A stretch of DNA of 64,000 nt from contig JAEOUE010000197.1 in assembly GCA_016839515.1 (NCBI GenBank), positions 12,766 to 76,765 of the forward strand, in the 5' to 3' direction. The first letter of the stretch is position 1. The number at the start of each line of letters is the position of its first letter. The notes beneath the pieces are model-generated. The model had not been told where the DNA came from. It ran no database searches and saw only the letters and a program-made list of their open reading frames with translations. The stretch is from Candidatus Hodarchaeum mangrovi (GTDB lineage: Archaea > Asgardarchaeota > Heimdallarchaeia > Hodarchaeales > Hodarchaeaceae). The translations under genes and the position numbers were made by a program. Shown here in pieces: positions 60,658 through 64,000 of the stretch.

Positions 60658-62079
60658 CTATTCCTTTTTACGTAAAAGAGGAATCAAAACTACTAGACTT
60701 CCAAGGATTATTAAAAGTTCAAATCCGGGAATTGCTCCTCCTTTTCCAGCAATTTCTAATGCTTCAGCGAATTGTGCTGCGCCGTGAGCGGTCCAATTTC
60801 CAGTAACTGCAGAGTCTTTGTATTTAAGGGCTACTAAACCTGCCATTGTACCATTGAAGTCAGCAGGTAATTTGACAAGAGCTGCAATCGCATCATCTTT
60901 CTGGCTTCCATCATTTAATGAAATAATTTTCTCCCATGCAGCTTTCAAGTCATCATGGTTTTCTACAATCCAATAGTGGAAAAGAGTCTCAGCTCGTGAA
61001 TGAATCGCACCATCAATTGCTGGATTAAATGGACTGATGATCGGGAATGCTGCTGTATTTGGGGCTCCTGTGGTAGTGAAAGCTTTTGGAATATGGCTGG
61101 CAGTTCCTGCTTTAAAGTTAGCTGGCGTACGATAATCACCAACAAGAGTTTGCCCTGCAGTTCCAGTTAAGAAGTCCATAAACTTCTGTGCTGGGGCTAA
61201 ATTAGCAGCTCCCTTAATAATTCCTGCAGGATCAGGACTGACAGTTGTAGCTCCACCATATGTAAACCCAATGTCAGTATTATTTACCATAATATCTAAT
61301 GCATAATAATCAATGCAAAGACCAATTCCTGCATTTCCTTCCGAAACATCAGCAGGTACTTTTGAACTACTTGTTGAAAAAGTTCCTATATTACCAGAGA
61401 TTTTTACCCATAATTCCCAAGCTGAAGTAACATTTGCTGCAAATGTTATTTCTGAACCAGAATGCTCATCTGCCATAAATTGTAAAAGTTGTTTTACAAT
61501 AGCAACCGTTGATCCACTTAAATCAGGATCAGTCATTGCGACATGACCAAAATATTGAGGATCAGCTAGACTAGCCCAAGTTGTTGGCACATCTAATCCT
61601 TCTGCTGTAAGATAAGCAGTATTGTAAATTATTCCAAATCCACTCATTGCTGCAGCGTACCAAGTGGGGGTAGTATCCGAGTCATCTTTTAAATGCCATC
61701 CACCTAAATATGCTGAGATATTGCCATCTTCAACTACCTCATATGGCTCTAAAAGATTTGCTTTTCGTGCTTCTTCGAAATAAAATTCACCACCACCCCA
61801 CCAAACGTCAGCTTCTGGATTTGTGCCATTCCATGTCACAACATCAGCGTAACAATCACCAGAATATTTTACTGATGTAGTGACTGTAATATCATTACCA
61901 GTTTCTGTTGTATACCAAACCTTAAAGGCATCAATAACATGATCTGCAAATTCACTGCTATGAGGGTGTAAAATTACTAAAGTATCAGTGATTTGGGGAG
62001 CAGCCATGTTTTCAATAGTTGGAATAAATGCTCCAAGGAGCAAAAATCCCAAGAAAATTCCTAGAAGATATTTTTTCAT
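60658..62079 (-). CDS. ABC substrate-binding protein (Fe3+/thiamine/phosphonate cluster) with a PGF-CTERM-like anchor
   Basis: Signal peptide, ADVWWGG, GIIYN, P.TW..L.DP, AQKFMDFL; C-terminal IPGF-TM-RKKE. Confidence 0.9.
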   Translation of the reverse strand: MKKYLLGIFLGFLLLGAFIPTIENMAAPQITDTLVILHPHSSEFADHVIDAFKVWYTTETGNDITVTTSVKYSGDCYADVVTWNGTNPEADVWWGGGEFYFEEARKANLLEPYEVVEDGNISAYLGGWHLKDDSDTTPTWYAAAMSGFGIIYNTAYLTAEGLDVPTTWASLADPQYFGHVAMTDPDLSGSTVAIVKQLLQFMADEHSGSEITFAANVTSAWELWVKISGNIGTFSTSSSKVPADVSEGNAGIGLCIDYYALDIMVNNTDIGFTYGGATTVSPDPAGIIKGAANLAPAQKFMDFLTGTAGQTLVGDYRTPANFKAGTASHIPKAFTTTGAPNTAAFPIISPFNPAIDGAIHSRAETLFHYWIVENHDDLKAAWEKIISLNDGSQKDDAIAALVKLPADFNGTMAGLVALKYKDSAVTGNWTAHGAAQFAEALEIAGKGGAIPGFELLIILGSLVVLIPLLRKKE

Positions 62080-62495
62080 ATATTCTTTCTCCTAAATTTG
62101 AATTAATGTCTAATATTTCACATTAACCTATCATAAGTGTAGAAAAATTGATATAGGTCAGGAATTATCTGTGCTAGGAGTTAGTTTTTAAGGTTTATTT
62201 GTATTATTTAAATATAGTTAATTGTGTTCAAACAATCAAAAGATTTACAGACAATACGATAGTACAATATATAATTCTTTACTAGAATCCCATTTAGGAG
62301 AAAAAATCCTAGAATTTCTCATTAAAAAGATTTAGTTAAATTTTGAAATCCCTTGCATTTCTCTAAACAACATCTTTTAAGATAAACTTTAAAATAAACC
62401 TTTTACAACAGATTACAGAATCATTTAAACCACAAAAGTTTAAAAAAGAAACGAAGGTCTAAATTTATGGAATAAAGTATAATGAGGTCTGAGTT

Positions 62496-63629
62496 TTGAG
62501 CAAAAAGACTCCTATTCTTATCTTAGAGAATCTTACAAAGAAGTTTGGTGACGTTATTGCGGTTGATAATGTTAATTTAGAAATCTATGAAGGAGAAATT
62601 ATTACATTACTCGGACCATCTGGCTGCGGAAAATCAACCACTTTACGGTCTATTGCTGGCTTAGAAAAAGTTGATGGGGGAGAAATATACTTTAAAGATC
62701 GCAACGATGGACAAATGAAGCCAATCACAAATCTAGCTGTTCGAAAAAGAGATATGGCGATGGTTTTCCAATCATATGCTCTATGGCCTCATATGACTGT
62801 TTTCAAGAATGTAGAATTTGGTATGACCGTTGGATCTAGGCAGATACCTAAAGAAGAACGAAAGGAACGAATATTAAAAGCTTTAAAGATGGTTCAAGCC
62901 GAAAAATTGGCAGAAAGAAAACCTTCGGAGCTTTCGGGAGGACAACAGCAGAGAATTGCAGTAGCTCGAGCAATTGTTGTCAATCCTTCTATTTTACTTC
63001 TTGATGAACCTTTTTCAAATCTTGATGCTAAACTAAGGATCGAAACAAGATCAGAAATTCGAACATTAATAAAGAAAATAGGTCTAACAGCTATATTTGT
63101 AACACATGACCAAAGTGAGGCTTTATCCATCTCAGATAGGATTGCAGTAATGAATAAAGGAATAGTAGAACAAGTAGGGTCACCATTAGAAATTTGGCAA
63201 CACCCCTTTAATTCCTTTGTAGGAGCATTTATTGGTGAAGCCAACCTTATCAAATGTCAAGTACTTAATTTAGAAAACAATAGTGCGGTTTTATGCTTAT
63301 TAAATTCAAATGACTGTTTCAAGTCAAACCAAATAAAAGGTTTAAAAGTTAAAGAAAATGTTCATGTGATTCTGAGACCACAAATGATCGAAATATCTCA
63401 TGATAAATCAGAAACAAAAAATCAGATAACAGCAAAAATTTTGGAATCAATGTTTATGGGAACTTTGGAGTATGTAAAAGTAGAGTTATCAAATAAAACA
63501 ATATTAACAATTCATCGTAAAATTATAAAAGAAGTCCCATTAGAGCGAGGAGAAAAGGTATTTCTAGAAATAGATCCAGATCAAGCATTTGCTTATGGTG
63601 GAGAATTTCAAACTCCAGCTGTTTATTAA
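62496..63629 (+). CDS. ABC transporter ATP-binding subunit (FbpC/PotA family)
   Basis: GPSGCGKST, FQSYALWPH, LSGGQQQR, LLDEP, VTHDQ, TOBE-like tail. Confidence 0.95.
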   Translation: MSKKTPILILENLTKKFGDVIAVDNVNLEIYEGEIITLLGPSGCGKSTTLRSIAGLEKVDGGEIYFKDRNDGQMKPITNLAVRKRDMAMVFQSYALWPHMTVFKNVEFGMTVGSRQIPKEERKERILKALKMVQAEKLAERKPSELSGGQQQRIAVARAIVVNPSILLLDEPFSNLDAKLRIETRSEIRTLIKKIGLTAIFVTHDQSEALSISDRIAVMNKGIVEQVGSPLEIWQHPFNSFVGAFIGEANLIKCQVLNLENNSAVLCLLNSNDCFKSNQIKGLKVKENVHVILRPQMIEISHDKSETKNQITAKILESMFMGTLEYVKVELSNKTILTIHRKIIKEVPLERGEKVFLEIDPDQAFAYGGEFQTPAVY

Positions 63630-63785
63630 AGAACGACCATTTTATCTTTTTTGTTTTATAAATTTTTTTCAATGTTACTATATACTCCATGTTTAAGGAT
63701 TCAGAGTAAAAATAAGATTTAATAAACTGATTCTATTAAGTGTTTAATGACACAAGAAAGGGTTAAATGAAACATTTTTTCCCTT

Positions 63786-63866
63786 ATGATGAGAAAGACG
63801 GTCTACGGAGGTCTTGAATCAGCTTTTTCTGTATTCTTGACTAATGATGACAGTTGCACTTACTGA
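63786..63866 (+). ncRNA. Box C/D guide sRNA with a long hairpin between D' and C'
   Basis: ATGATGA (C) GAAAGACGGTCTA CGGA (D') [GGTC-TT-GAAT-CAG..CTG-T-ATTC-TT-GACT stem] ATGATGA (C') CAGTTGCACTTA CTGA (D). Confidence 0.8.
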
Positions 63867-63967
63867 CCGACTTAATTTGGGTAGTATATATGCCATTGAA
63901 GATATTAGACATTTTTCGGGATCTGAATAAATTTCAATTCCAATTATTATCTTTAATTGAGGTGAAT

Positions 63968-64000
63968 ATGGCATATTATGAAATTGTTCCAGTCGAAATG
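63968..64000 (+). CDS. Start of a CDS truncated by the window end
   Basis: GAGGTGA SD followed by ATG, reading MAYYEIVPVEM. Confidence 0.55.
   Translation, partial: MAYYEIVPVEM

Noticed and set aside
3027-63253. Many short antisense or overlapping ORFs in the track (e.g. 3205..3441, 8174..8485, 19875..20243, 47002..47328, 58885..59229, 62894..63253)
   Set aside because: They are shadows of well-supported genes on the opposite strand or in another frame.
1-64000. CRISPR arrays, rRNA genes, transposases/integrases, or an island at tRNA-Thr
   Set aside because: No repeat-spacer periodicity, rRNA-like segment, recombinase gene or duplicated tRNA 3' end was seen by eye.

Overview
AT-rich archaeal chromosomal window, very probably from an Asgard archaeon (Heimdallarchaeia/Hodarchaeales-like; inferred from gene content only). 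Archaeal core genes (GlyRS, ThrRS, GINS15, eS27, aIF2-alpha, Nop10, RNase P proteins, eL15, Rqc2, RadA, intron-containing tRNA-Thr) are interleaved with eukaryotic-signature genes (roadblock/MglAB, two Arf-like GTPases, ESCRT-II-like, CCDC47-like). Two loci stand out. (1) 10.4-20.4 kb: a ubiquitin-like conjugation cluster whose modifier resembles UFM1, with a UBA3-type E1, an HPN-type E2, a JAMM protease, a Zn-ribbon/UEV (BRE-like) protein and a UFL1-like winged-helix/PCI/RING candidate E3. (2) 41-53.7 kb: a type IV pilus operon that ends in a translationally coupled PolD large subunit with a degenerate catalytic motif and is transcribed divergently from radA, a candidate DNA uptake/recombination system. 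I also found two unannotated box C/D guide RNAs with plausible 23S targets, a putative eL15 leader and two small ORFs missing from the track. No CRISPR array, rRNA or mobile element was seen. All homology calls come from motif recognition by eye, not from database searches.
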